Below are positions 13,526-26,299 of a DNA stretch of 64,000 nt, piece by piece (position 1 is the stretch's first letter; the number at the start of each line of letters is the position of its first letter). The stretch spans positions 80,848,001-80,912,000 of the forward strand of contig NC_087443.1 of the NCBI RefSeq assembly GCF_036321535.1, written 5' to 3'. The notes below the pieces were generated by a model, which was given only the letters and a program-made list of their open reading frames with translations, did no database searches and was not told the origin of the DNA. Origin of the DNA: Camelus dromedarius (taxonomy: Eukaryota). The position numbers and the translations under genes were made by a program.

Positions 13526-15784
13526 GCATCGCGGAATCGGCCGCTCTCCCCACGGTGGCTGAGAACACAGAGGGGCTTTTAATAGTCAAAGGACCTGGCG
13601 GAGCGGGGCTGTGGGCTTTGGACCTGCGAGGAGGTTGCGCCGGGTTCTGAGCAGCAGGTTCCGAGGTGCACGCTCCTGCTCGGGTTTGGCTGCAGTTGCC
13701 CGGCCTGGTGTCCCCCGCGCTGCCCAGGAACCCGTGGGGAGGCCGGTCAGGTCCCTGTGTGGTCCCACCCCCAGCAGACCTGCCCCGTTGTGGGCACCAC
13801 TCACCCCTCGGGAAGGAGCTGTGAGCAGGGAGGTGGGGGGCGCAGGGCCTGGGAGCCGCACAGAGTCACCAACGGCCGAGACCAGACCAGAGCTCCAAGG
13901 CCTCCCGCCAACCTCACGCCCCTTTCTGGGGACCCAGCGCCGGGGGGTGCTGGGCTGGTTAGACCCCTTAGGACCACACTGGGCCCTGAGGACAGGCTCC
14001 GCTGGGTGGAGGTGACCTGCGATGTGCTGGCTTCCCTGGTCCAGGTTCCTGCAGCTCCAGGGGGTGCTTAATGTCCCCCCTGGGTGCTGGCCCCTCGCTG
14101 TGCTCAGAGACCCCAGCAGTTCGGTGGGCGAGAAGCAGGTAGGAGGGGCCGTTCTGCCAAATGAAGGGTTGTTGGCTGCTGTTCCAGATCCTGCTCTGAT
14201 GGCTGTCAGTGCAGACTTCACACCTCACCTCTGATCCTGGGCTCCTTGTGGAAGGTCTGGGCTTCACTTGTTCTTGAAACCTGCTTCCTCTGATCATCTG
14301 TGCATCTGGTGTCCTGGATGGTGACCCATTTGTGGTTAAAGACCAGTTTTTCCTTCTCTAAGTACTCAGAGCTTACTTCCGTGAATTGCCTAAAAAGGAC
14401 TGAAGCAGAATCACCTGAACAAACAGTGCCTTAGAGCAGGACCTCTCCCACCTTCTCCCAAAGAGCCCTCAGAGCAGGGGCAGACGGGTGGTGACTGCCA
14501 GCTTCCGAGGGTCTGGGAGCCCAGCAGTGGGAACCCTGCTTACAGTCTCCTCGGCTACCTTAACGAAATTGGGATTGTGGTTTTCCTGTTTTATCGTCAT
14601 GTTGCTGTAAAATTTTTTTCCTCCACAAAATTAATTAGCCAGCATGGTGTGCAGCGTGTGACTGTGTGTGCACTGGCCCACACCGTGTGTGCTGAGCGTG
14701 CACACTGAGGTGTGAGCACTTTGACACCAGTGCCTTGCATTTCACGGAGAGTCTGCGTGTGGGTTTGACTCTGGTCTGTGATGCCCTGGTTGGGGGGAAG
14801 CTTTGTAGGGAGCATTTTAAAGAGATAAGTGACAGTTACTAGTAAACTTCTAGAAAGACTTCTGTAGGTCTTACTGTTCGGGGTTCTGGCATCATGCGCC
14901 AGTTTTTGGCTAGATCCAAAGAGATTTTAAACTGTTGGAATGAAATGTGAGCAGCAGTCTCACCCGGAAACATTTTCCAAACGTGCTTGAGGCTTCAGGA
15001 GGTTTCTGGAGCAGTTTGTCAAACGGTTGATGCACTTGCTCTTTGTGTGTTCTGTTTCTTTTACACACACACACAGGTTTGTATTCTCACTGCCCTGTAA
15101 CTAATTCTTGTTTTATTACACAGATGTAAAACAGTGTTTGAGCTTCAGAACAGAAAAGTAGTTACCTTCTTGCGTTGCTCAGACTTGGTTTGATAACATG
15201 AACAAAAATGAAGAGTTTGGGAAAGAAAACCCAGTTTTATTTTAAGTATAACTTTTAAATGTCGTCAGTGCCTGTTTTTATGTAGAAATGGTTGTTTTAA
15301 AGACCAGTGGACAAGTTTCCTTAGATGTCCCTCTAAGGTGGCGGCTCTGACGGGCAGATGTTTTCACGTCTGTTTTATAAGGCGCGCTCTTCAGGTGACG
15401 TGGGATGCTGAGACGCACGTGCGCGTGGTGCTGTGGCAGCCGTTCTCCACCCTGGCCCCGAGCTCCCCAGCCCTCGTTAGGTTCTTCACAACCAAGGCAT
15501 CGCTAATCAGGAAGGTGCTCAGCAGGGCTGTGTCCAGTGATCAGAATCAAAGAGGCACAGGTCCCAGACCCAGGGCGTCCTTGTGTAAGCGCAGAGCGGG
15601 GAGAACGTGGCATTTGTGGGAGTCCCACACAAGCAGTTTTTGGTTTGGACGTTTAGCTGTGTAACTGATGCAGAATGGCTCCTCCCTTTGTGTGCACATA
15701 GCTAGGTTCACGGAAACTCAGCAGCAAGCAGGGAGCACCATTTTCCTCATGGGTCAGCCCCACAACAGGGGCTTTGAATGATTC

Positions 15785-16445
15785 TTTTCTTAATTAGTAA
15801 ACTTTATGTTTTTCAGAGGAGTTTTAGGTTCACAGCAAAACTGAGCAAAAGATACAGAGTTTCCGTACACTTCCTGCCCCAACCCGTGCATAGCCCGCCC
15901 CCCACTATCGCCACCCCCGCCGGATGGCACATTTGACCGTGTTTACGTCTTGCTGGTGCGCTCTCTGTGGGTTTTGACCGATGTGGTGTCATGTATCCAC
16001 CGGTGCTTCGTCCTGCGCAATAGTCTCACTGCCCTGAAAATCCCGTGCACCCCTTACCCATCCCCTCCTCCCCCCGCCCCGGGAACCGCTCCTCTTTTTA
16101 CTGTCTCCAAAGAACTGGGATCCCAGAGTGGGCAGCCTCTTCAGATTGGCTTCTTTCACGTGGTACTAGGCACTTAACGTTTCTTCCGTGTCTTTCCGTG
16201 GCTGGACACCGCGTTACTTTTTAGCGATGAATATAATACACCAGCGTCTGGAGGAGCCGCAGTTTATCTAGCCGTTTTCCTACTGAAGGGCATCCTGGTG
16301 GCTTCCTGGTTTTGGCCGCTGTGAAGAAAGCTGCCATAAACACCCGTTTGCAGATTTTTGTGTAGATAGAGAGGGATGTTTTTGCACAACTTTGGATGCA
16401 CTCTGAGTTCGACATGCCAGATGGCAGCACCATTTTGTTTGGCAA
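15785..16445 (-). mobile_element. L1 3' region (L1MB-like)
   Basis: agttttaggttcacagcaaaactgagcaaaagatacagagttt...ggcttctttcac...tcctactgaagggcatcctggtggcttcc...gaaagctgccataaac. Confidence 0.85.
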
Positions 16446-18464
16446 AATCATTTCAACCTAACTGAACCCTTTTTGGTTGTTGGAGTGTAATGAGGAGCCC
16501 AGGCTCTGCCTGTCTTTTGTTGCCTGTGACCTGGCAGGTCTGTGCTGGGGAGGCCCTGGCTCGTGGCGCGGTGAGCCAGGCCTCAGGCGGCCTCGCCTTC
16601 TCCCCAGCAGTTTCCTTCTCGACTTTTACACCTGGTGGGGGTCAGCCCCACCCTCGCCCATCTCCCACCCTCCCTCGGCCCAGTTTCTTACGAGGTGATG
16701 GTGTGAATATTTGTTCTCTTCCGGGGGTTTGACATGTGTTTTTTTTGCTAATTAAGAGAATCCGTCCAGCCCGATGGTCGGGTGGGCTGACCTCAGCGCC
16801 GAGGACCAGAGGGGCTTCCCTGACGCGCTCTCCTTGTTCTCTGCTCAGCAGGGAGGTTGTAAAACAGCTGGCTTTCATTTCATGACGGCCCTGTTGGTGT
16901 CATGAGGGGCAGAGATGGGTCCTCCCCGCCCCTCGGTCGGTTCTCAGGGTGCCAGCGAGCTCCCACTTGGCACACCCAGCTCCGGGAAACACTGAAGCTG
17001 CCGAGACGGGCGCCCCGGGCAGGCCTGGTGTGCGGCCGTGGGCCCTGAGCCCCTGACCTCTGGGGAGGTGACAGTAGCAAACGTCTCGGCAGCTTGTTTG
17101 GACCCTGCTTGTAAGAAGGCAGCCTCTTGATGGGCATTTTCAGTGCGTAGGATACTGATACTGGAAACGGTTACAAGTGAAAGGTGCAGGATTGATTGTG
17201 AAGACGGTTGTGGGAAGGACAGTTTTTAGACAGGTGTGGACGGCCTGGGAAACTACAAGCAAAGGGGAAAGAAGACAGTTTCTGTTTATGGATTTCTTGC
17301 TTTTCATAATGGGAACCCGGCCTCTGGCGCCAATTGCTTAATTCAGAACATTAAACGCCATTCATGTTAAAAGGGAGATGAAACGAAATTCACTTCGTTT
17401 TTCAGCAGTCTCCAAATAGCCATGAAAAATCATTTTTTTCCTGCCACAAATTAGTGTCGGCCACTTTGTGGCTTCAGTGATGATGCAGGGGGCCGGCTCC
17501 TGGGCTCTGTCAGGCCCTTGGCTGGGGCCACAGGGCTTGTGCTCCAGGAGAGTGGGAGGGGGGAGCCTGGCAGTGCAACCCCGTTTGCGTCCTGAGTGTA
17601 ACCTGCGGTCTGGTCCCCGTGAGTGCGGGGAGGCAGGCGGTACCGGACTCACGGGCTCTGCTCAGGAACGCGGTCTTACACGGCGTGAGCAGCCCTCGTC
17701 TGCTCTCAGTGAATATTCAGAGAGCTGGCTTGTTGGCGCCTCTAGTCTAGTTCTCAAAGCCCTGAACACTTGGGTTTGGCCCCTGACAGAGCGCTTTCTC
17801 CCTGTCCCCTACCCTGGCGGGGCCCCCCAGGCCTCTGCTCCAGGGCTGGTCCCGCGGGGCCAGTTGGCTGCTTCGGGCAGAAGCCTGAGGTCGCTGCTCC
17901 CCGGACAGTCCCCTGGTAAGCAGCTGGTGCTTAGGGCTCATAGATGATTGGGTTTTTTAAATTTCCACCTCCACTTTCTGGCTTGGAAACACGGCCAGCT
18001 GTTAGCTGAGCGGACTCTTTGTCATTCAGCCCCAGGACCACTGCACACATCGTGACCCTGCTCCTCATGGATGTGGGTACAGTGTCCCAGACACAGTGCA
18101 CCCCTTCTGTGCCGCTGACGTCCTTGGGGTCTCGGTGCTGCCACTGCCCACGCTGGTGCTCGGCGCTCCAGCAGCTGCCGTGGCGGCTCCTCTCGGACCT
18201 GGGTCCTCTCCCTTCTGGGGCTGCCACTGCCTCCATTCACAGACACCTGCATCCGCCCCGGCACCCGGGCCTCAGCGTGTGCAGGTCTGCCTGCCAGGGA
18301 CTCGCCTCTCCTTCACCCTCCCCCGAAAACTCTGACTTGGCCTTTTTATGTCGGCACCTCCTCCAGGAAGCATCAGGTCCCCAGACCCGCAGCTGCAGGC
18401 TCCCATAATCCTGGATTTCTCCTTCTGAGTCCTTACCTCAAGTATGATTCAGTGATTCGGGTAG

Positions 18465-19285
18465 TTAGCTCATGTGTTCAGCAGGTATGTACGAGCATCT
18501 GTGATGCATTCTAAGTGCTGGCATACAGCAGGAGACCAGTTAGAACTACTCCGACTTGAAGAAAACAGGAAATCCTCAGAACACTGGCTTGAAACAAATG
18601 GGCTTTCTTTTCCTTGTGCAAGGAGAAGTTATCAGCAGACAACACTGCTGTGGTAGTGGCTCACAGTGTCAGGGCTGGGGCTCTCCAGTCTCTTGGCTCT
18701 TGCCTCATGTTCACCAGATGGTTGCCACAGCTCCAGCCATCACATCTGCCATGTCAAGGAAGGAAGAAAGGTGAGGAGATGGTGCCAGCCACATAGGATT
18801 TTTTTTTTTAATCAAAACAAGACCTGTCAGCAAACTTCTAATTATTGGCCAGAGTTGTCACAACATTTGCTACCTGTATTGGAGCTTAAGGCAATGCATA
18901 GCAAATAAACAAAGTACATCTAGTGTAATTTCGTGTGATCTAAGTGCTATAAAGGATGGGAGCTAAGGGATGGAGGAGCTGGACTATCTCAGGGTTTCTC
19001 TGAGATGAGACGGTGCTGTTTGAGCAGGGTTGGGAGCTAAGTGGCAGAGGCCCCTGTGCCATATGTGAAGGGGAGGCATTTCAAGAAGCATGAGTGGCAG
19101 GTGCAAAGGCCCTGAAGCAAGAAGGACACCTGTGTGTGTGCGGAGCAGCGAGAGAAGAGTGGATTGGGGGTCCTGGTCAGAGATGAGGTCAGGCAGGAAG
19201 GGAGGACCCCAGGTTGTTGGGGGCTGTTGCGGCCACATGTGTAGGGCCTTGTGGCCAGAAAGAAGGACCTGATTTGTTTTCATGT
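18465..19285 (-). mobile_element. L2 fragments (about 18465-18535 and 18905-19285) interrupted by an LTR
   Basis: gttcagcaggtatgtacgagcatctgtg...taagtgctgg, then gcaggtgcaaaggccctgaagc...gagatgaggtcaggcagg...agggccttgtggcca are L2-type motifs. Confidence 0.65.
18575..18880. mobile_element. MaLR solo LTR (MLT1-like) nested in L2
   Basis: agatggttgccacagctccagccatcacatctgcc...cttctaattattggccagagttgtcac resembles older MLT1 LTRs. Orientation not determined. Confidence 0.55.
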
Positions 19286-19464
19286 TTCTTCATTTTATTC
19301 AACCTTTTTTTTAAACTAAAAAAAAAAAAATGTTCATACCTCTGAGTATTTATTTCACTCAGAAAAGTATCAACAGTCCTTTATTTTTTTTTACATGTGT
19401 GAGCTTATGAGACATAGTAAATGCAGAACATTTGCTGTCTTCACCTGCACTTCATGTTACACTG

Positions 19465-19640
19465 GATTTTAATACAATTTTTTTTATCCTCATAAAAGGA
19501 ATTCACGTTTACTGTAGAAAACTCAGAAAATGCAGGTAAGAGCAGAAATATTTTAAATCATTCTGCTGTACCTTTATCGATTTTTCTAAAATGAACTTTT
19601 GTTTTGGAATAGCATTAGATTTACAGAAAAGCTGCAAAGA
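19465..19640 (-). mobile_element. Old L1 3' end fragments (L1ME/L1MC-like)
   Basis: tttactgtagaaaactcagaaaatgcaggtaag and ttttggaatagcattagatttacagaaaagctgcaaaga. Confidence 0.55.
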
Positions 19641-22039
19641 CGGTGCAGCGCGATTTGCTTTTGGTGGCTGGTTTTTCTCCCCAAGTGGAGCGCGTTTGCC
19701 TGGTTCTAGCTGCAAGCCCTCAGCCCAATGGCTCGTGCATAGGCGCACTCAAGTGTTCATTAAGCATTTATTTACTAGTATTTGTTCATGGCTTGTCCTT
19801 CACTCTCCCTTCTGCTCCTGGGCTCTCGGGCTCTTCGTTCCTTGGTGGGTGATCTCCGAGATCTCCTCCGTGACACCCCACCTCTGTGCCTGCCCGTTCC
19901 TGACACGCCTGTCCCAGGGACCTCGGGAAAGGCAGACCTGGTGGATTTTGCCCTTGTTTGAAGCACTGGGGCTTCTCAGGGACAAAGCCGGCCTCAAAAC
20001 CTCCCCTCAGAGCCCCTGGGCCTCGCCACCTGCCTCCCCGGCTCTGCTGCCGGGCTGTTGGCCTCAGCCGCTTTCCCTCGTGCATCCTCCCCCGCCAGCT
20101 ACTCATTGTCATTCGGGTCTCTGTGCGGATGGCACTGTCTTCAAACCTGTTCGTGGCTCTCCCGTGGCAGCTGCCCTCCCTGCCTGGTGGCAGCCTCCCT
20201 GCGGGTCCCGCGAGGCTGCCTACTTGGCCCTGGACTTGGCGCTTGGTGGGTGGTGGCTGTGGATATTGCAGAGTCCACATGAGCAAGTGTCTCCACCGGG
20301 CCTTGTTCCCTTCTTAGCTCACTTCCTGGGGTCACCACCGTGGCCTTCTCCAGGCTGGGGGTAGTTGATGAAACTCCAGGTGGGATTTCATCCTTGGGGC
20401 CTGGCAGAGCGTGGGGACGTCGCTGTGGGGGGCATCGGGCAGGTCTGTCACACACATGGCTCAGAATTCCATCGGCTTCTTTGTGCCACGTCGTGCACGG
20501 TGGCCCCGTGTGTGTTCGGCATCGTTGCTTTCCAGGCAGTGCTTCCCCCAGCCTGTGCTGAGCCGTCCTCGCTCCCCGACGCGCTTGCCTGCCTTGAAGC
20601 CTCACTCTTCTGGCTCCCTGGTTGCTAGCCTCTGCGGGCCCCTCCTGGCGTCTGTGACACCCCCATCTCGTCTGCAGCCCACCCCTTACCTCTCCGCCCG
20701 GCCTGCCAGCCCGCGGGACCTGCCATTTCTGCCCGGGCTTCCTGGCAGCACACACCGCCCGCTTCCCTCACAGCCCAGCGCGCCCGTCCTGGGCCTGCGC
20801 TGCCCAGCACACAGTAGGCTCAGTGTTCAGCTGGTCTTTACCTTTGCCCATGGAAGGTCTCTATGCTGAATGTCCTCGTTGTCCACAGGGAAGAAGGCTG
20901 TGCACGGTTTGTGTGGTGTCTCAGATGTCAGCTCTGGCGGGGTTGATAGAAAATTATGTAAAAATTGCAGCTTTTCTCTTTTTGGCAGAGTACCCGTTGG
21001 TGGATTATGGTGCATTATTTTTGACTAGCGCTGGTGCTGCTAATGGGCTTAAGACCCAGAGGTGCTCGTGAAAGTACAGCCCGGCCAGGCAAAGTCCGAA
21101 GGAGCCGGGTGTGGGTACCAGGCCTGAGTCTCAGGGGAGGTGGATCAGGGAACCCTCACTTCAGGGAAACGGAAGTGGGTCTCATCTCTATTCCGTTTAA
21201 CCGATAAGGAAGTCTAAGCGCCACTTTGTCGGATGTCGCACTAACTGATGACCCGCTGAGTGGACGCGGCTGGGACTGACACCTGCCGCTTGTTCAGGAC
21301 TCAGATTTTGAACTTGACGGTTGTTCCCATTAGGGACAGATTGCCTCTTGTTGGTTCTTGGCATGGTTTAAATGGGGCCTCCCTCGCTTTGTGATTGACT
21401 CAGGGTGGCCAGGGCTGGTTCTCAGTGTGATGAGGCAGCCTGTGCTCGGGGCGTGCTTTTAGACCAGGTGGTCCAGGGCCATTGCCCTGTCGCTGGTCAC
21501 AGGGCAGCGCGGCGGCTTCAAGCCAAGCTTCTGAGTCCTCTCCGTCCAGTGTGGAGATGCCGGAGCTGAGGCCAGGGCGTGACTTGGTTCAGAGGCAGCC
21601 CTTCCAGCTCAAGCTGTGCCAGGGTTGGCCGGCAGCCCTCCCCCTCATTCCAGGCTGACAGCCTCCAAAGTGCAGGCTGTCCAGGCTGTGCTTGGAGTCT
21701 GGCGGCTGGGATGGCTTGGTGATGTGCAAGGCCCTTCCCCCGGAGGAGCGAGGGGTACTGAGCTCTCCAGAGACCTGGTCCTCCCTCCCAGGTGGGGGGA
21801 ATCCTCACGCCCCTGCACCTGCAGTCACCTCATCGCCTCGTCCCTGGCCTGCTCTGCACACCTGACTGAGTCTGCCCAGCCCTTCCTCGGAGCAGGAGTG
21901 AGGGCTGGGGGTGTGCCGTGCAGGACAGAGTTCCTTTGCAGGCTGCAGAGGTGCCTGGCCCACCCACCCCACTCACAGCCTTTCCTGTGTTCTCCAGCTG
22001 GACTCACAGAACAGCCCAGTGAGGTTGGTGGAGTCAGAA

Positions 22040-22085
22040 TTATTATTCCTATTTTATTGATGAGAAACTGAGGCTGGGAAGGGGA
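22040..22085 (-). mobile_element. MIR core fragment
   Basis: attattcctattttattgatgagaaactgaggct. Confidence 0.7.
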
Positions 22086-23009
22086 GTGGACATCTAACGT
22101 TCGACCTTTCTCCCTGTTGCATGCGTGCCGGTCTGAACTTCTGCAGCAGTGCTGGGGCTATGTCCTTTCACGGGGCTGACATGGACAAAGCCCTCCCAGC
22201 CGCTGTCCCTTTTCCCAGCCACTCGGCAGCAGCACACACTGGCCTGGCCCCCGTGCCAGCTCTGGGCTCCGGCCTGGGCCTTGAATCCTGGGACAAGTGA
22301 CAGGGAGTCGGGCAGCGGGGACTTGATGGTGGCTGCAGCATCCTGTTTCGAGCGGCTGTGGTGGCCCCAGTGCCCGCTGCGTGCCTGCAGTCCCCGGTTG
22401 TCCCACAGGTGTTTCCTGAGGCTGGGTGTGGCTCTGGCTGGACTGTAGCCAGTCCGGGTTTCTACGGTTTTCTGAGCCTGCTTCTCCAGCCTTCCCAGAA
22501 GTTCTGGGAGTCACCTACAGGGCAGCCTTTTGGTAAATTGCTTTTGTGCTTAAATTAGCCAGTATCAGTTTCTGATGCTTGTCATCGGGAGTCCTGCCTG
22601 AGATGGGCTCGGGGAGGCCTGAGCCAGGGCCCTGACTGAGCCGGGATCTGCTGAGAATCGGCCTTCAGCCGCTGAGGAGGCCGCTTGACCTCTTCAGGGC
22701 ACAGACACGTGCCTTTCTGCGGGGCTGTCGAGAGGGCAGAGGAGGGGATCGTGTGTGGTATTAGGAGCAGGCGGGAGGCACAGCGGAGGGAAGAGAACCT
22801 CCAGGTGGGGTGATGGGGTGTGTTGAGGTTTCGCAGTAAAGCAGACAGCAGGCCGAGTGGTGCAAGCTGGACAGTCTAAGTGAGGGGACTCGGATATGGG
22901 AACCCGCACAGCACGGGAGGAGCGCTGAGGACTTAGGGCTGCGGGCCGGCCAGTCCACTCTGCCTCTGGGGCGCGAAGGCAGCACAGCCCACCTGCCAAC
23001 AGGGAGCAA

Positions 23010-23089
23010 GGCTACGTCCCAATAAAACTTTATTTACAAAGGCAGCTGCTGGGCCGGGTTTGGCCCGTGGGGGCAGTTTGCTGACTCTG
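23010..23089 (-). mobile_element. MER58A-like hAT-Charlie DNA transposon end
   Basis: ccaataaaactttatttacaaa...gggccgggtttggcccgtgg...agtttgctgactctg is the reverse complement of the MER58A 5' end. Confidence 0.75.
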
Positions 23090-23149
23090 CTGTAACCCCT
23101 TCATGTAGTTAGCGGTGATGTGTTGTTCGAGGTGAGGGGTGGTTGGAGT

Positions 23150-23560
23150 TGGGAGAGCCCTGGTGTGATGGTGGCCCAGAGTCGTCCTTTTTGGGGAGGT
23201 GGGAGTCGGTGAGGGTGTCTGGGAGGATCAGGTGGACACGAGAGAGCTGAAAATGAGGAGAGCCGACATGCAGGTGCATGAGGGGCCAGGGGTGCATGGC
23301 ACCAGGGAGTGGGGGAGCTCCTGGGATGAAGCCTGGGTTGGGTGGGGGCAGGGTGGATCGTGGTGCCATTGGCCGAGTGCCACGTACAGGGAAGGACAGT
23401 TTTGGACAAGTTCACCTGAAGTGCTTCCAGGACAGAGAAGTGGAGACAGCGAGTCCGCAGCCCTCCTTCTCGCCCAGAGCTCAGAGGGAGGCCTGGCGGG
23501 GCAGCGAGGGCCGGGGGGCGCTCAGCCTGTGCTTGGGGGCTGACATCCAGGGTGGCGCTC
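23150..23560 (-). mobile_element. L2 fragment, GC-shifted
   Basis: gtggtgccattggccgag...tttggacaagtt...gaagtgc...gtggagac...agagctcagagggaggcctgg parallels the L2 antisense consensus. Confidence 0.6.
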
Positions 23561-24411
23561 TGGGAAGTGCTGGCATAGAGGTTCTGCCCGGGAGATGTGT
23601 GCCCCGGGGACGTTTGTGGGACCCAGGGAGGGTGTTGTGGGGGGAGGAGGCACTCCAGGCCCGTTCTGGTCCAGGGAGGCTTCCCCAGAACCCCTCTTCT
23701 CGCCTCCCGTCTGGTCAGAGTGGTTTTTATGAAACGCCAATTTCCCTAAACCTTGGTGCCGGCTTCTTAGGGCTCTTAGTGCCTCCTTTCTTTGAAACCT
23801 TTGCAATACTGACCGAAATTAGTACCTGTCAGAATGGTTAACGTGGAGGATACATCATAGGGCAGTTTTTGTACGTTTCTTTCAGCGTCAATAAAAGATA
23901 CCTGCTTTCCAAAGCATGCGTGTTTTAGCCCAACGTCCACGCGCCCTCAACCACTTAACAACGCAGGTCCGCCGTGTTAAGTGCTGAGTTAAATCTACGT
24001 TTCCATGATTCATAATGATTTATTCTTAAACGTACTTTATTCAGAATGTCATGGTTTGTCTTCAGTTTTCGTTGCAAAAATTAATTGTTGGTAATTGTTT
24101 TACTTTCAGTAGTTTTAGGTACTGTTTAACGGGACCTCTTATTTCGGCCTTAACTCTGCATTGGTTAAAGATAGGAACAGAGAGAAACCAAAGGAGTGAG
24201 AGGAGAGTGGGCTGTTGGCCGGCTGCTCTGGGTAATTAAGGCAGTTTTCTGTCTTCGAAGTAACTGTATTGTAAAAAGGACACATTACATGATTAAATTC
24301 CAAAAGTGGGCGGTGGGAAGCTTTGGAAGAAGTTTTGTGTCTTAAACGCGTGTGTGTCTGTTGCACTTTGCAAGTGACCCAGCTCTTTAAGGTGTGTGTA
24401 GCTTCAAAAAT

Positions 24412-24438
24412 GGTTTTTCTTTTCAGGTCCTTGGGAGG
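24412..24438 (+). other. MGMT: MGMT exon 2 splice acceptor and 12-nt pre-ATG leader (exon starts at 24427)
   Basis: Polypyrimidine tract ggtttttcttttcag|gtccttgggaggATG, with AG at 24425-24426. Confidence 0.9.
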
Positions 24439-24563
24439 ATGGAGAGGACCTGTGAAGTGAAATACAAAGTGATGGACAGCCCTTTGGGGAAGATTGAGCT
24501 CTCTGGTTGTGAGCAGGGTCTGCACGGGATCAGACTGCGCTGCCAGAAGACCCCGGGCACTGA
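24439..24563 (+). CDS. MGMT: MGMT first coding exon (exon 2), N-terminal 41 codons plus 2 nt of O6-methylguanine-DNA methyltransferase
   Basis: Translates to [41 protein letters not shown] plus GA, matching human [38 protein letters not shown]. Zinc ligands C5, C24 and H29 are in register. Coding length is 125 nt, ending in phase 2. Strong Kozak context (aggATGg). Missed by the ORF track because it is a short spliced exon. Confidence 0.97.
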
Positions 24564-24573
24564 GTGAGTGAGC
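24561..24573 (+). other. MGMT: MGMT exon 2 splice donor (GT at 24564) with a second GT donor at 24568
   Basis: act ga|GTGAGTGAGC. The first donor gives the expected 125-nt coding exon. Confidence 0.9.
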
Positions 24574-26299
24574 GTCCGCGTGACACCCCCCACGTGCCGT
24601 TTGTTCAGAGCAGCAGAGAGGAGGAGTGTGGTTATTGCTCGTTCTCCATCGATCGCGGGGTGACACTACCCATCGCAAAAAGTAGCGTCTCTAAAGGTGA
24701 TGGGCCGTGGTTGTTCGTTTTCAGCTTGCAGCCTGGGAGCCCTCCACCTCCCGTTAACCACGGGGACGGAACCGGTAACTAGTAGCCCAGTACGTGTGAG
24801 TGGTGTGTATGTTTCCAGAGGGGCTGATTGCCTGTGACTGTGAACTCTGTGATTCTTCAGCAAGTGGGATGTGGGGAGCTCTCTGGAAGTTTGGTGACAG
24901 GAAGCTGCTGGCCTGATCTTGTTTAAATCAGGACCAGGCTTTGCTGGTCATCGGCTTGCCAGGTGAGTTTTGTACCAAAGCCTGAGAACTGCTTAGTCAG
25001 GCGGTCCCGGGCCCCCTTGGATACGGTGTCCGACTGCTGGCGTGTGTGCAGCTGAGAGGGGAGGACACGACGTTCCCTTTTCAGCATGAAGTGAGGGTAT
25101 TGCCGATTCAGACGGAACACGTTTCTTTTTTTTGAACGCGCTCCACTGTATTTCTTTAATTGCCAAAACAAAAAATTGGAAGCACTCCTTAATGATTTGT
25201 CCTGAAATGTACCGTTCAGTTTCCTCCATTCATTGATTGTGAGTGGAAGTTGTGTTAAAATTGCAGTCCTTGTTATTTCTGCAGAAGAGGGCGAACCACC
25301 CACTCCTCGGCTCAGTGTTTGTCTTAACTGGCCAATAAACACAGTGCCAGGAACATTAGATACAGAAAATACATACGAAACATAAAAATTGATTTTAATG
25401 GACCCCTGTCAGAGCTGGCCATAATGAGCACAAACGCAGTAATAAATACCAGTTTTCGCCTCCTCTGTCGAGATTTTTCCTGTCGAGCTGCATGTTACAA
25501 TCAATAGTCTTTTTTAAGACCAAAAAAAATCAAACCTTTGAACTATATGAATACACTCTTCTCTATTTCTATGAGAACCAGCTGGCTGCAGTGCTCAGAA
25601 AATCACAGGCACCAAATAATTTGTAGGGAAAATGTCATTTTGTCTTTTAGCATGTTCAGTTGCACAATAAATCACAGAAATTATGTGTTGAATTTTTTTT
25701 TTTATAAAGACACTCCTTAAAGTGAATTTGGGGAAGAGAGGGCTGGGGGGAGAAAACCCGCTTTAAATGCCCACTGTGAATTGAGAACAGAGTGAGGGTG
25801 AGACTCAGCTCTGCTTCTGCTCTGAGTACTTCCTGCTTCAAGTTAGGATTGGGTTCATCTGTGGAAAACAGGGTCCTCCGGGTAACGGCTTAATACAGTG
25901 CAGCTGACTTCTCTGCGGAAGATGTGCCTGTGGGTGAGCCGTGAGTGTGCGTCTGCTGGTGGCACGGTCACTGAGAGCCTGCCTCCCCCCGTCCACAGCT
26001 TTCATTCCTGCATCTTCAGGCTGTGGTCCTTGTCCTGAGCCTTCAGGCCCAAATCTGGGGTGCAGGTGGCCACACTCACATTCCCAGCAGCGGGTGGAGG
26101 AGAAGGGTCCTCTCACCTCATTGGCCACACCATGCTGGACACATGGAGGTTGTCCTGTCCAGAGTCAGGGACTCTGTGTGGAAGGGAGAAGTGGGAAGTG
26201 GTTTGGGGGCACCAGCTGTCTGTTACGTATGGTTAATTTTGGGGAGGGAGATTTCAAAGTTAGAGAATAGCATAAAATTATCTGTATGAATACTCGTTA

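Larger units (their letters stand above)
1..24426 (+). other. MGMT: MGMT intron 1 (3' part); exon 1 and promoter presumably upstream of the window
   Basis: Inferred from the human gene structure (very long introns 1 and 2). No MGMT exon 1-like sequence recognised here. Confidence 0.7.

Noticed and set aside
19591-20364. Longest ORFs in the track (257 aa here; also 11563-12225, 13586-14221, 38703-39311, 50111-50746)
   Set aside because: Pro/Gly/Arg/Ser/Cys-rich translations with overlapping ORFs in several frames and no recognisable domain, as expected for GC-rich noncoding DNA.
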